64,000 nucleotides of DNA, taken from NCBI GenBank assembly GCA_963736855.1, contig CAVTQK010000009.1, positions 416,001 to 480,000 of the forward strand. Reading direction: 5' to 3'. The notes below the pieces were generated by a model, which did not search any database, had not been told where the DNA came from, and worked only from the letters and a program-made list of their open reading frames with translations. Made by a program: the position numbers and the translations under genes. The stretch comes from an uncultured delta proteobacterium (GTDB lineage: Bacteria; Desulfobacterota; Desulfobacteria; Desulfobacterales; UBA2156). This document shows positions 42,536 through 51,912 of this stretch, in pieces (within the stretch, counting starts at the first letter, position 1; every line of letters begins with the position of its first letter).

Positions 42536-43351
42536 TTATCTTGGTTCATGAATCCCCATTCCCTCAAGCGTTTCACCGAAAAGGTCTTTCGCCGGGATAA
42601 GGATTTCGGCATCATCATAACTCATGAAACGTCCTGAAAAGGACTTCGGTGCGGCAAGAACCATCCACGCAATACTGCGCGCCGGAATCTCAGGCGGTTC
42701 AAGGGCGCTTTTTTCCTTCAAGGATAGATAGAAGTCAATCTCATCAGGCGGCATTAGGCCAATACCTTCATTTCTGATTTTGGCCTGCATGGCGGTATCG
42801 ACCACTCCCGGCCGCACGGCAATGCAGGCGATGGTCGGCTCTTCCTTGGCCAGTACGCTGTTGAGTTGGTTCAGGGCGGCTTTAGAGGCACAATAGGCGC
42901 TTCCGGAGTAAATGGGATGGTGCGCCGCACCGCTGCTCACGCTGACGATCCGACCCTCCTGTTTTCGCAAATGGGGAATCGCTTCCTTCATCAGGTAAAA
43001 GGGACCGAACAGATTGACCTCCAGGTTGCGGCGCCAGAGGAAGATATCGGCGTCTGCCACCGTGTTCAGTGGATCGAGGATCCCGGCGTTGTTCACGAGA
43101 CCGTCGAGTCTTCCGAATCGCCTGACGGCCTCGGCCACGCAGGCCCTGCAATGCTCAACATCCGATACATCCCCGGGAAACGGGTGGGCCGTCCCGCCCA
43201 GATCTTTCACACGTCCGGTCACCCTGTCGAGGGCTTCCTTGGAGCGCGCCATGAGCACCACAGAAGCCTTTGTCTTTCCCAGCCAGCATGCAACGGCCTC
43301 CCCGATACCCCGGGAGGCGCCGGTTACGATAATGACCGGACTTGTGCTCAT
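42536..43351 (-). CDS. SDR-family oxidoreductase
   Basis: TGASRGIG, NNAG, YCASK, PGVVDT. Confidence 0.92.
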   Translation of the reverse strand: MSTSPVIIVTGASRGIGEAVACWLGKTKASVVLMARSKEALDRVTGRVKDLGGTAHPFPGDVSDVEHCRACVAEAVRRFGRLDGLVNNAGILDPLNTVADADIFLWRRNLEVNLFGPFYLMKEAIPHLRKQEGRIVSVSSGAAHHPIYSGSAYCASKAALNQLNSVLAKEEPTIACIAVRPGVVDTAMQAKIRNEGIGLMPPDEIDFYLSLKEKSALEPPEIPARSIAWMVLAAPKSFSGRFMSYDDAEILIPAKDLFGETLEGMGIHEPR

Positions 43352-43439
43352 GCTTTTAGATCTCCTTTCTTTCGATTCATTTCAAGAGATTGTCAATCAT
43401 AGGAAAGATTGATACAAAGTCAATAAAGGATGGTTGTTC

Positions 43440-43943
43440 ATGACCCATGATCAGACGGTAAAAGCTCTGCACCCGGATTTTTCCGGGGCCTATCCCGAAT
43501 ATCCACGCGTTGCGGTGGGGGCCGTGGTGTTACACAACGACCGGGTTCTTCTGGTCAAGCGGGGAAAGCCCCCGGCCGAAGGGGTTTGGGCTATCCCCGG
43601 CGGAACCGTCCATCTGGGGGAATCCCTCCAGGAGGCCGCCCGGCGGGAAATATTAGAAGAAACAGGGATTGTCATCCAAACCGGAGAAGTCATTTATGTT
43701 TTTGAAAAGGTGGAACGGGATACCGACGGTCGCGTACGGTTCCACTACGTGATCATCGACCTTCTGGCCGACTATGTCGGAGGAAACCTTCAGCCCGGAG
43801 ATGACGCCAAGGATGCCTGCTGGGTCTCCAGAGAAGACCTCTCTATTCTTAAACTCAGCGAAAAAACGCGGCAACTTCTCCGGTCGCGATTCGGCTTTCT
43901 GGGTCGAGCCACTCAATGTCATACCCTATTGAAAAATGAATAG
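43440..43943 (+). CDS. NUDIX hydrolase
   Basis: GG..GESLQEAARREILEETG Nudix box. Confidence 0.92.
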   Translation: MTHDQTVKALHPDFSGAYPEYPRVAVGAVVLHNDRVLLVKRGKPPAEGVWAIPGGTVHLGESLQEAARREILEETGIVIQTGEVIYVFEKVERDTDGRVRFHYVIIDLLADYVGGNLQPGDDAKDACWVSREDLSILKLSEKTRQLLRSRFGFLGRATQCHTLLKNE

Positions 43944-44484
43944 CGATCGAATCCGTTGGAATAAAAAATACCTTGAGGAAACCCATCCCGTTCAACCCTC
44001 CGCCATCCTCAAACGGTATCATCGCCGGGCAGGAAAGGGCAGGGCTTTAGACTTAGCCTGCGGCAACGGCCGAAACGCTCTGTTTCTCATTGAGCAGGGT
44101 TTTAAGGTGGATGCGGTGGATATTTCCGATACCGGACTTATTTATATGTCAAAACGTCCGGAAGGACTGAATCTCATGTGTGCGGATTTGGACACCTTTG
44201 ACATTCCCGCAAAACGGTACGACCTCATCCTCAACATCCGTTTTTTGAACCGGCGCCTTTTTCCTTACATCCTGGAAGGGCTTGCCCCGGGCGGCATTCT
44301 CATTTTCGAGACCTACCTTGAGGAAATAGGACGAGAGTCCAAAACCATTTCCTGCCGGGATCATCTTTTAAGACCCAACGAGCTGCTGCACGCCTTTATC
44401 CCTCTGCGGATTTTATACTATGCCGAAAAGCGGGAAAACGGGAGCGGAGCCGTCGCCTCCCTGGTGGGGATTCACAGCGCATGA
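43936..44484 (+). CDS. TehB-like class I SAM methyltransferase
   Basis: LDLACGNGRN, AVDIS, LAPGG. Confidence 0.85.
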   Translation: MNSDRIRWNKKYLEETHPVQPSAILKRYHRRAGKGRALDLACGNGRNALFLIEQGFKVDAVDISDTGLIYMSKRPEGLNLMCADLDTFDIPAKRYDLILNIRFLNRRLFPYILEGLAPGGILIFETYLEEIGRESKTISCRDHLLRPNELLHAFIPLRILYYAEKRENGSGAVASLVGIHSA

Positions 44485-44512
44485 AAAGTGACGGAATGGG
44501 ATTGAGATCGGC

Positions 44513-45319
44513 ATGAAAAAAAAGTTGAAAATCGGCGTTCTGGTTTCCGGGGGAGGCACCAACCTGCAGGCTATTCTGGACGCCTGTGCGAATCAAACGC
44601 TTCCCGGAAAAGTCGTATTCGTGGGGTCGGACAACCCCGATGCTTTCGGTCTTACACGTGCAAAAAACAGCGGGGTTCCTGCATTCAGCATCGATTACAG
44701 ACAAATCCTCAATAGCGCTCAAGACCGGGATGCCGATCTGACCCCTCCTTCCGACTGGAATCGGAAAGACGTTTTAAAAAAGCAATCCCTGTTTGGTCCG
44801 CAAACATCGCGGGAAAAGGTCGAGCGCTTTTTTGCGTACCGGGCCTTGGCCGAAGCCGCGCTTCTGGAGCAGATGTCCCCATACCCCTTTGATCTTCTGG
44901 TCCTGGCCGGGTTCATGAGGGTATTGACTCCCTATTTCATCGACCGGGTCAATGCTGATCCGGAGCATCCCCGCATCATGAACATCCATCCGGCTCTGCT
45001 TCCAGCCTTTCCGGGAACGGACGGATATGGAGACGCCTTTCGGTACGGATGCAAGGTGGCCGGCTGCACCGTGCATTTCGTAGATTACGGCGAAGACTCC
45101 GGGCCCATCATCGCACAGCAGGCTTTTCCCATCGAAGAAGAGGATACCGAAGCCATGGTTCGAGAAAAGGGGCTTGCCATCGAATGGGAGCTGTATCCCC
45201 GCTGCATCGCGCTTTTCGCCCAAAACCGAATTGAAGTGGTGCTAAAAAAATACGCCCTGCCGGACGGAAAAAAGGTTCAGAAAACCCGAGTACAGATCCT
45301 ACCACCGCCGAAAAAATAG
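44513..45319 (+). CDS. purN: Phosphoribosylglycinamide formyltransferase
   Basis: SGGGTNLQA, LAGFMR, NIHPALLP, GCTVHFV, DSGPII. Confidence 0.93.
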   Translation: MKKKLKIGVLVSGGGTNLQAILDACANQTLPGKVVFVGSDNPDAFGLTRAKNSGVPAFSIDYRQILNSAQDRDADLTPPSDWNRKDVLKKQSLFGPQTSREKVERFFAYRALAEAALLEQMSPYPFDLLVLAGFMRVLTPYFIDRVNADPEHPRIMNIHPALLPAFPGTDGYGDAFRYGCKVAGCTVHFVDYGEDSGPIIAQQAFPIEEEDTEAMVREKGLAIEWELYPRCIALFAQNRIEVVLKKYALPDGKKVQKTRVQILPPPKK

Positions 45320-45450
45320 ACTGCTTTTATATACACACTGGTGACCATTTGCTGATTTTCCTATGAAAGGTGCGCCATATGAAGCTTTAATCCATCTGCC
45401 GCGAGCATGCCACAACACAACAGATACGGCCAAGCACATTTCTTTCCTCT

Positions 45451-46332
45451 TCAAAATCGGCGCGCGCCCAGAGCGGCCAGGCAAACTCCTGAAGTGACCA
45501 GCACCGCTCCGATGAAAAGAGATAATGTGAGGGGTTCCTTAAGGATCAGAAAAGAAAGTAACACGGCACTGATGGGAACGAAGTTGATGAAAAGCCCGGC
45601 ACGGGTCGGCCCGATGCGCCGGATGCCTTCGTAATACCATAAAAAACCGAGCACGGTACCGAAAAAACCCAAATAGAAAATACTCGCCCAGGTTTGAAAC
45701 GAATAATGCCGGCCGTCGAAGAGACCTTCCGCCACGGCCGGAGGTAAAAGACAGATCATCCCTGCCAGCGAACTGTATGCCACCGCCGTAAGCGGAGATA
45801 GATCGGTCATCACAATCTTGCCGAGGAGGGAATAGGACACCCAACTGGCCACACAACCGAAAATGAATATTTCCCCCCATCCGAATCCGCCTCCCAGCCC
45901 ATCTAAAAGACGACCCCGGGTGATCACAAGAATCGCTCCACTCACGGAGACAAGAATACCTATCACCTTCAGGGCGTTGATTCTCTCTTTGAAAAGCACA
46001 GCAGACATCAGGGCGATAAAAATCGGATTGTTAGCGATGATGACAGAGGCCCTGCCGGCTTCAATCAGCTTAAGCCCTTTCAGAAAAAGAACATTGTAAA
46101 GGAAAATCCCCGTCATGCCCATCAAGAACAGGTAAAGCATCTGTTTTTTTCCGAGAGGAGAAAAGGGTCGTTCCAACCGAAAAAGAATGGCCGTCAAAAA
46201 AAGGGACGCCACAAAAAAACGAAGGAAGGCCCCGCAAAAAGGCCCCATTTCCATGGCCAGGATGCGGCCGGCAATAAACGTTCCGCCCCAAAAGAGGGCC
46301 ATCAGCAAAAGCTTGATATAAGTGGAAGCCAA
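45451..46332 (-). CDS. DMT/EamA-family transporter
   Basis: Two EamA repeats, about 10 hydrophobic segments. Confidence 0.9.
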   Translation of the reverse strand: MASTYIKLLLMALFWGGTFIAGRILAMEMGPFCGAFLRFFVASLFLTAILFRLERPFSPLGKKQMLYLFLMGMTGIFLYNVLFLKGLKLIEAGRASVIIANNPIFIALMSAVLFKERINALKVIGILVSVSGAILVITRGRLLDGLGGGFGWGEIFIFGCVASWVSYSLLGKIVMTDLSPLTAVAYSSLAGMICLLPPAVAEGLFDGRHYSFQTWASIFYLGFFGTVLGFLWYYEGIRRIGPTRAGLFINFVPISAVLLSFLILKEPLTLSLFIGAVLVTSGVCLAALGARRF

Positions 46333-46405
46333 TTCCGATTCCGATCCGCTTTCAGCCCTGGCCTGTTCCTCTTTTTATGGAAGCGGTTTCTGCATGAAAG
46401 AGAAT

Positions 46406-47005
46406 TTATCCGGCGAAAGAGGATGCTTTTTCATCGACGCTCCAGACGATAGCAAAATGCCCACAGGTGATGGATGCGATATGCCCTTGAAAAAAGTACT
46501 GCTCCACATCCCAATGTTTCCCCCGATAGTCTATCGTCATAAAATTTTCGTCGCGAACCGCCTCGATCCGGCATCCGGAAAGCCCCGAAAGACCATCCCC
46601 GGCGGCTTTCAAGACCGCTTCTTTGGCTGTCCAGTATCGAAAAAACCGGAGGGTTTTATCCCCTTCGGTAAGCTGCCATTCCCTGTCATCGGCCACCTTT
46701 CTGAATAGCGCCTCGGATCGGGGTCGGATCGGTTCCACGTCGATTCCAACAGGCGCCGGGGCTACTACGGCGGCAACGAAGGTTTCTTTATGAGAAATGG
46801 ACCAGAAGACGCCGCTTTCAGGAAGCGGAGCGCCGCTTTCAGCTTTTTGGAACCTAGTCAGAACGACGCCGCTTTTTTGAGCCGAGTGAACAAGGGCTTT
46901 ATGGGCCCACGCCTGAAGGCAGCGCATCTTCTCCCGTCCTTTGAGTCCGGGACCGATATCCGGAACAGGGAGCAGCACCGGATATAGGGTTTTAATGGAT
47001 GCCAT
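46406..47005 (-). CDS. 4'-phosphopantetheinyl transferase (Sfp/EntD-like)
   Basis: WSISH, VGIDVE, WTAKEAVLKA.G; start at MASIK inferred. Confidence 0.88.
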   Translation of the reverse strand: MASIKTLYPVLLPVPDIGPGLKGREKMRCLQAWAHKALVHSAQKSGVVLTRFQKAESGAPLPESGVFWSISHKETFVAAVVAPAPVGIDVEPIRPRSEALFRKVADDREWQLTEGDKTLRFFRYWTAKEAVLKAAGDGLSGLSGCRIEAVRDENFMTIDYRGKHWDVEQYFFQGHIASITCGHFAIVWSVDEKASSFAG

Positions 47006-47879
47006 CTTTGATGCGCAATGCCTCTTCATAAACCGCACGCCTGGACAGCCCGAATTCGCCGGCAACTTTTTTAACAACCTCTGAAAGAGTACCGTTGTTC
47101 TGATGAAGCGCTTCTTTGAGTTTAACGCGGATATCTTCCCTGGAAATGATCTTGCTGCCTGTCTCCCCGGCAACCAGCAATGTGCACTCCCCCTTGATTT
47201 CGGGGCGTTTTTCCAATTCATCGCGCAACATTAAAAGGGTCCCTCTCAGGATTTCCTCGTGAAGCTTGGTCATCTCACGACACAACACAGCGTGACGGTT
47301 TTCCATAACACTTTGAATTTCTTGAATCAGCGCCAGGATGCGCCTTGGGGACTCATAGAAAATCAACGTTTGACTCAAACCGGAAAGGGCCTGGAGCTGT
47401 TTGAGTCGTTCTCCCTTTTTTTTTGGCAAAAATCCGATAAAAACAAAGGCGTCCGTCGGAAGTCCGGATACGCAAAGGGCGCTGACGGCGGCAGATGCAC
47501 CGGGAACGGGAACGACCTCCAGACCCTCTTCGATGGCCGCCCGGACCAGTCGAAACCCGGGATCCGATACAGCAGGCGTTCCGGCTTCAGACACCAATGC
47601 AACCGAAGCGCCCTGTTTCAGTTTTTCAATCAGGCTCGGTGTCTGCTTTTTTTCATTATGTTCATGATATGCGATTAAGCGGCCTGAAATGTTGTGATGT
47701 TGAAGAAATCGCCGAGTATGCCGGGTATCCTCGGCGGCGATCCAGTCTGCCTCCTGAAGGATTCTGAGGGCTCTGAGCGTAATGTCTTCCCGGTTTCCGA
47801 TAGGGGTTGCCACCACATAGAGTTTTCCCGGTATGCTCCGAATGTTGTCGTATTTATGGATAGGCGAGTTCAAAGGCAT
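46992..47879 (-). CDS. rsmI: 16S rRNA C1402 2'-O-methyltransferase
   Basis: VATPIGN..DIT.RA, EDTR, GTP..SDPG, YESP.R. Confidence 0.95.
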   Translation of the reverse strand: MPLNSPIHKYDNIRSIPGKLYVVATPIGNREDITLRALRILQEADWIAAEDTRHTRRFLQHHNISGRLIAYHEHNEKKQTPSLIEKLKQGASVALVSEAGTPAVSDPGFRLVRAAIEEGLEVVPVPGASAAVSALCVSGLPTDAFVFIGFLPKKKGERLKQLQALSGLSQTLIFYESPRRILALIQEIQSVMENRHAVLCREMTKLHEEILRGTLLMLRDELEKRPEIKGECTLLVAGETGSKIISREDIRVKLKEALHQNNGTLSEVVKKVAGEFGLSRRAVYEEALRIKDGIH

Positions 47880-48225
47880 TCTTGATCAGTTCGATCTTTG
47901 GAAGAGGCGTCCCTGATACAACGGTCACCACATCGAATCGAGCCCTGGCGCCGATCTGATGCGTCGCCTTGAGATAACATAGGGCGACCATGGAAATCTT
48001 TTTTTGCTTCTGACGCGTCACCGCATATTTGGGGTGGAGATGATCGGCATTTTTTTTGGCTTTAACCTCAACAAATGCGATAGTGTTCTCATCCTTTGCA
48101 ATAATATCGATTTCACCCAACCGGTTTCGGTAGTTGCATTCCAGGATCTTGTACCCCTGCTGCCGGAGAAATTGTCCCGCCTCCGATTCGCCTTGTTTTC
48201 CGAATGCCTGCCGCTCACTGGGCAC
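47854..48225 (-). CDS. yraN: YraN-family (UPF0102) nuclease-like protein
   Basis: G..GE, GEIDII, FVEVK, RFDV; GTG start with AAGGA RBS. Confidence 0.9.
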   Translation of the reverse strand: MPSERQAFGKQGESEAGQFLRQQGYKILECNYRNRLGEIDIIAKDENTIAFVEVKAKKNADHLHPKYAVTRQKQKKISMVALCYLKATHQIGARARFDVVTVVSGTPLPKIELIKNAFELAYP

Positions 48226-48253
48226 GCGTCGTCGTCCTTTTCTCTTCCCGGAA

Positions 48254-48868
48254 TCAAAGGTGCTCTTTGACGCCCCTGAAGGTTTTACGGTGGATGGGCG
48301 TGCAACCGAACCGCTGAATCGCCGCCTTGTGATTTTTCGTGGGGTACCCCTTGTGCCTGGAAAAATCGAATTGCGGATACCAAATATCGTAGCCACCCAT
48401 CAACCGGTCCCGGGTCACCTTGGCCACAATGGATGCAGCGGCAATTGAAAGACTCAACGCGTCTCCTTTCGGAATGGGTTGCTGATGAATTATCGAAGGG
48501 ATGCGCTGGTTGCCGTCGATCAATAGGCAGTCCGGGGGCGGACAAAGGTTCTCCACCGCCATAGCCATGGAAAGAAGTGAGGCCTTCAGGATATTGATTC
48601 GGTCGATTTCAACAGAATCCACGATACCGATGCCGATGGACAAGGCGTGCGTGTAGATATTATCATAGAGGCGCTCACGAACGGCGCGTGTCAGCTTTTT
48701 CGAATCGGTAACTTTCGGCAGGTCTGCACCTCGGGGCAACACGACAGCTGCAGCCACCACCGGCCCAGCAAGGGGACCCCTCCCCGCCTCGTCGATACCG
48801 GCGATCCGGTGGAAGCCATTTTTGCGGGATTCGTTTTCAAAAATCCAAAGGTCGGATACCATGGGCAC
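48254..48868 (-). CDS. rnhB: Ribonuclease HII
   Basis: GIDEAGRGPLAGPV, DSKKL, AAASIVAKV.RD, HKGYPT. Confidence 0.96.
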   Translation of the reverse strand: MPMVSDLWIFENESRKNGFHRIAGIDEAGRGPLAGPVVAAAVVLPRGADLPKVTDSKKLTRAVRERLYDNIYTHALSIGIGIVDSVEIDRINILKASLLSMAMAVENLCPPPDCLLIDGNQRIPSIIHQQPIPKGDALSLSIAAASIVAKVTRDRLMGGYDIWYPQFDFSRHKGYPTKNHKAAIQRFGCTPIHRKTFRGVKEHL

Positions 48869-48944
48869 GGCTTCCCGGTGCTTACTTTCGATTCGAGGGG
48901 CACCAACCGTTACATCTCGAGATGCCCTGATCTGCTCCCCGATA

Positions 48945-49298
48945 TCAGGTTAAATTTTTCTCTTTGATTCTTGCGGCTTTTCCCCTGAGTTTTCGAAGAT
49001 AATAGATCTTGGCGCGTCGGACCCTTCCTTTAGAAATAACCTCGATATGGTCAATAGCAGGCGAGTGGAGCGGGAAAACGCGCTCCACGCCCACACCGTA
49101 AGAAACCTTCCGCACGGTGAAAGTGCCGGTGGTGTTCAGAGGGCCTTTGCGTTTGCTGATAACGACCCCCTGGAAGGCCTGGAGGCGCTCCTTCTCCCCC
49201 TCCTTGATTTTTACATGGATTTTCACCGTATCCCCCGGCGAAAAGGAGGGATGGTCGAGCCGCATGTTCTCTTTTTCAATCTGAGTGATGATTTCCAT
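48945..49298 (-). CDS. rplS: 50S ribosomal protein L19
   Basis: [27 protein letters not shown]. Confidence 0.97.
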   Translation of the reverse strand: MEIITQIEKENMRLDHPSFSPGDTVKIHVKIKEGEKERLQAFQGVVISKRKGPLNTTGTFTVRKVSYGVGVERVFPLHSPAIDHIEVISKGRVRRAKIYYLRKLRGKAARIKEKNLT

Positions 49299-49342
49299 GA
49301 TTCCAATCCTTCTATATTAACGTATTGATGATTTTTAAACCT

Positions 49343-49499
49343 TTGATGGCTTCGTAAAAAGTCCATCTGCTGCGTTGCACTGCATACTTCGTCATTACGG
49401 TGTACCTATAAGTACGCCTCATTCCTCAGGATTTGCGCGCCTTGCATCTGAATCTTTTTACTTTGCCATCTCAATTTTGAGTTTTTATAATGCCATCAA
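49343..49499. repeat. ~157-bp MITE-like element with terminal inverted repeats
   Basis: TTGATGGCttcgtAAAAAgtc versus gagTTTTTataatGCCATCAA; additional inner right arm TTTTTActttGCCATC at ~49455-49470. Confidence 0.7.
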
Positions 49500-49503
49500 C
49501 CTT

Positions 49504-50094
49504 TTACTCACTTTGTCTTCCCAGCAGCCGATCGAGAATGACTGCCGCCGCCGAACGTACCGAGAGATGGTTATAATTTTCCGGCCCTGCGACCGGCTCT
49601 AAAATATGATCCGATTCTCCCGTCACCGATGATGCCAGCCCCCATGCCGTTCCGAATAAAAGCAACCAAGGTTGATGTTCCATAAGCATCCGTCGAAGAT
49701 CGATAAAACGGATCTCTTTTGATTTCCCTAAAGATCCGACCCGGGCTCCGGTAGCCACCGTTTTTGGCGCTTTCCCCTCCAAATGCGCGATCTCCCGCTT
49801 GACATCATCCAAGGAATCTCTAATCCGGATCATCGCGAGGGCTTCTTTCCTGTCTGGATTAACTTTAGCACCCCATCCATCAACCCAGTGCCGGATGATG
49901 CTTCGGCATATGGTCTGTTGATCCGTCAGCGGCGTCACCACATAAAAAGCTTTGGCGCCAAAGGTCCGCGCCGCCCTTGAAATATCATGAAGATCGAGAT
50001 TAGTAACGGCCGATGCGATGACTTCGCTTTTTTTATTGACCACCGGGTAATGGATCAGAGCCAGATAGAGGCTGGGCTTCAAGGAGTTGTTCAA
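49504..50094 (-). CDS. SPOUT-family RNA methyltransferase (DUF2168-like)
   Basis: LIHYPV, TNLDLHDISR, FGTAWGL, YNHLSVRSAAA..DRL. Confidence 0.88.
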   Translation of the reverse strand: MNNSLKPSLYLALIHYPVVNKKSEVIASAVTNLDLHDISRAARTFGAKAFYVVTPLTDQQTICRSIIRHWVDGWGAKVNPDRKEALAMIRIRDSLDDVKREIAHLEGKAPKTVATGARVGSLGKSKEIRFIDLRRMLMEHQPWLLLFGTAWGLASSVTGESDHILEPVAGPENYNHLSVRSAAAVILDRLLGRQSE

Positions 50095-50821
50095 TATCCC
50101 GGTACCATTTCTGGAGTATCTCTCTTTCCTCCGGCTTTAACCCCCTTTTTATCAATAAATCCCTTCGCTTTAAAAACGTTCGGATCAAAGCGCTTTCCCG
50201 GCGCCAGGCTTCAATGGCTTTATGATTTCCGGAATAGAGTGCTTCCGGGACCTTTTGGCCTTCAAAAATTCGGGGCCGGGTATATTGGGCATGTTCCAAG
50301 AGCCCGTTTGAAAACGAATCTTCCTGGGCCGATCCGTCTCCACCCAGGGTCCCGGGAACCAAACGGGTCACTGCATCCATAACAATCATGGCAGCCAGCT
50401 CCCCGCCGGTCAACACATAATCCCCCACCGACACTTCCAAGTCGATGAGGCTTTCGCCCACCCGCTCATCTATGCCTTCATAACGCCCGCACACTAAAAT
50501 CAACGCCCCAAGGGAAGCAAGGTACCCAGCCATCTGCTGGTCAAAGGGTCGTCCTTGGGGAGTCAGCAGGATCGATTGAGCCTCGGGTAGACGGCTTTTG
50601 GCTAAGCGGATAGCACCGACTAGGGGTTCTGGTTTCATCACCATCCCCAATCCCCCGCCAAAAGGTCGATCATCCGTTGTCCGGTGCCTGTCTTCTGTAA
50701 AATCCCTGGGGGTCACGGCACCGGCCGTAATTTTACCTTCCTTTATCGCTCTCCCGACAATTCCATGGTCCCAAAACGTAGAAAACATCTCCGGAAAAAT
50801 AGTCACGACGATGTAATCCAT
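50033..50821 (-). CDS. trmD: tRNA (guanine-N1)-methyltransferase
   Basis: DDRPFGGG.GM, CGRYEGIDER, GDYVLTGGE, QYTRP. Confidence 0.97.
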   Translation of the reverse strand: MDYIVVTIFPEMFSTFWDHGIVGRAIKEGKITAGAVTPRDFTEDRHRTTDDRPFGGGLGMVMKPEPLVGAIRLAKSRLPEAQSILLTPQGRPFDQQMAGYLASLGALILVCGRYEGIDERVGESLIDLEVSVGDYVLTGGELAAMIVMDAVTRLVPGTLGGDGSAQEDSFSNGLLEHAQYTRPRIFEGQKVPEALYSGNHKAIEAWRRESALIRTFLKRRDLLIKRGLKPEEREILQKWYRDIEQLLEAQPLSGSDPLPGGQ

Positions 50822-50834
50822 GGGCCTGCTGCAG

Positions 50835-51356
50835 CTACAACCCCTCGGGAAGCGTCACATGCATGACGCCTTGCGCGATATCCACGGCCCTCACCACGGA
50901 AGCCAGGGCCGGAATCAGCGTTTCTCCTTTTCCGTTTTCCCTCGGATCCTTTACCACATACACATCATTGCTGCCTGTCGTGATGATGGTGTGGATTCGT
51001 CCGATAAACTCCTTATTTTCCGAATACACATTCAGACCGATCAAGTCGCACCAGTAATACGTTCCTTCATCCAGATCCGGCAGGGATTTTCTTTCGATGA
51101 AAAGCGAAGATCCCTTCAACTCGCTTGCCTGTTCTGCATTCGTCACGCCTTCCAAAGAGACCCGCAAGACCCTTCCATGCGGTCTTGCCCAAAGAATTTT
51201 TTTCGATGAGACCCTGCCGTTGGGATCCTCCAAGCGGAAATTTCGACCGGCTGAAAAAATCTCGGCGGATTCCGCATAGGAATGTACCTTTACGGCTCCT
51301 TTGATTCCATGGGAACCGACGATCTTTCCAACCAGGAGATGCTCTTGCCTTGCCAC
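50835..51356 (-). CDS. rimM: Ribosome maturation factor RimM
   Basis: VGKI..SHGIKG, YY..DLIG, TGSNDV, LIP. Confidence 0.95.
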   Translation of the reverse strand: MARQEHLLVGKIVGSHGIKGAVKVHSYAESAEIFSAGRNFRLEDPNGRVSSKKILWARPHGRVLRVSLEGVTNAEQASELKGSSLFIERKSLPDLDEGTYYWCDLIGLNVYSENKEFIGRIHTIITTGSNDVYVVKDPRENGKGETLIPALASVVRAVDIAQGVMHVTLPEGL

Positions 51357-51361
51357 GGATC

Positions 51362-51592
51362 CTATTCGATGATTTCAAGCACCGTCCGCTTCTTCACCTT
51401 GGCAGACGCTGCACTTAGGATGGTCCGCATGGCCCGTGCCGTCCGGCCCTGTTTTCCGATCACTTTTCCGAGGTCTTCTTTTGCCACCTTCAGCTCGAGT
51501 ACGGAAGTCTGATTCCCCTCCACCTCGTTTACCGAAACCTGATCCGGATAATCCACCAATGCCTGCGCAATATACTTGATCAGATCTTTCAT
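51362..51592 (-). CDS. khpA: KH-domain RNA-binding protein
   Basis: [13 protein letters not shown]; located between rpsP and rimM. Confidence 0.93.
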   Translation of the reverse strand: MKDLIKYIAQALVDYPDQVSVNEVEGNQTSVLELKVAKEDLGKVIGKQGRTARAMRTILSAASAKVKKRTVLEIIE

Positions 51593-51641
51593 GGCTTCCT
51601 CTCCTTTGAAGACTGTTGCGCGTCCGGTGTGTCGCTACTGA

Positions 51642-51899
51642 TTACTGAGTCATATTAGCAAAAAATCCCTCTTTTTTCAAAAGATTTTTTACGGTACGGG
51701 TGGGGACAGCCCCCTGGCCCAACCAGTGCTTGATGCGATCCGATTTCAACGTAAGTTCCACCGGGTCGGGTTGAGGATTGTATGTGCCGACCGCTTCAAG
51801 GTATTTCCCATCCCTCGGGCTTTCCGAATTGGCTATTACGATTCGGTAAAAAGGATGCTTTTTGGCTCCATGTCTGGCCAACCTGATTTTCACTGGCAT
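51642..51899 (-). CDS. rpsP: 30S ribosomal protein S16
   Basis: VKIRLAR.G.K..PFYRIV, PRDG, GTYNP; GGAG RBS. Confidence 0.96.
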   Translation of the reverse strand: MPVKIRLARHGAKKHPFYRIVIANSESPRDGKYLEAVGTYNPQPDPVELTLKSDRIKHWLGQGAVPTRTVKNLLKKEGFFANMTQ

Positions 51900-51912
51900 G
51901 ATCCCATCTCCC

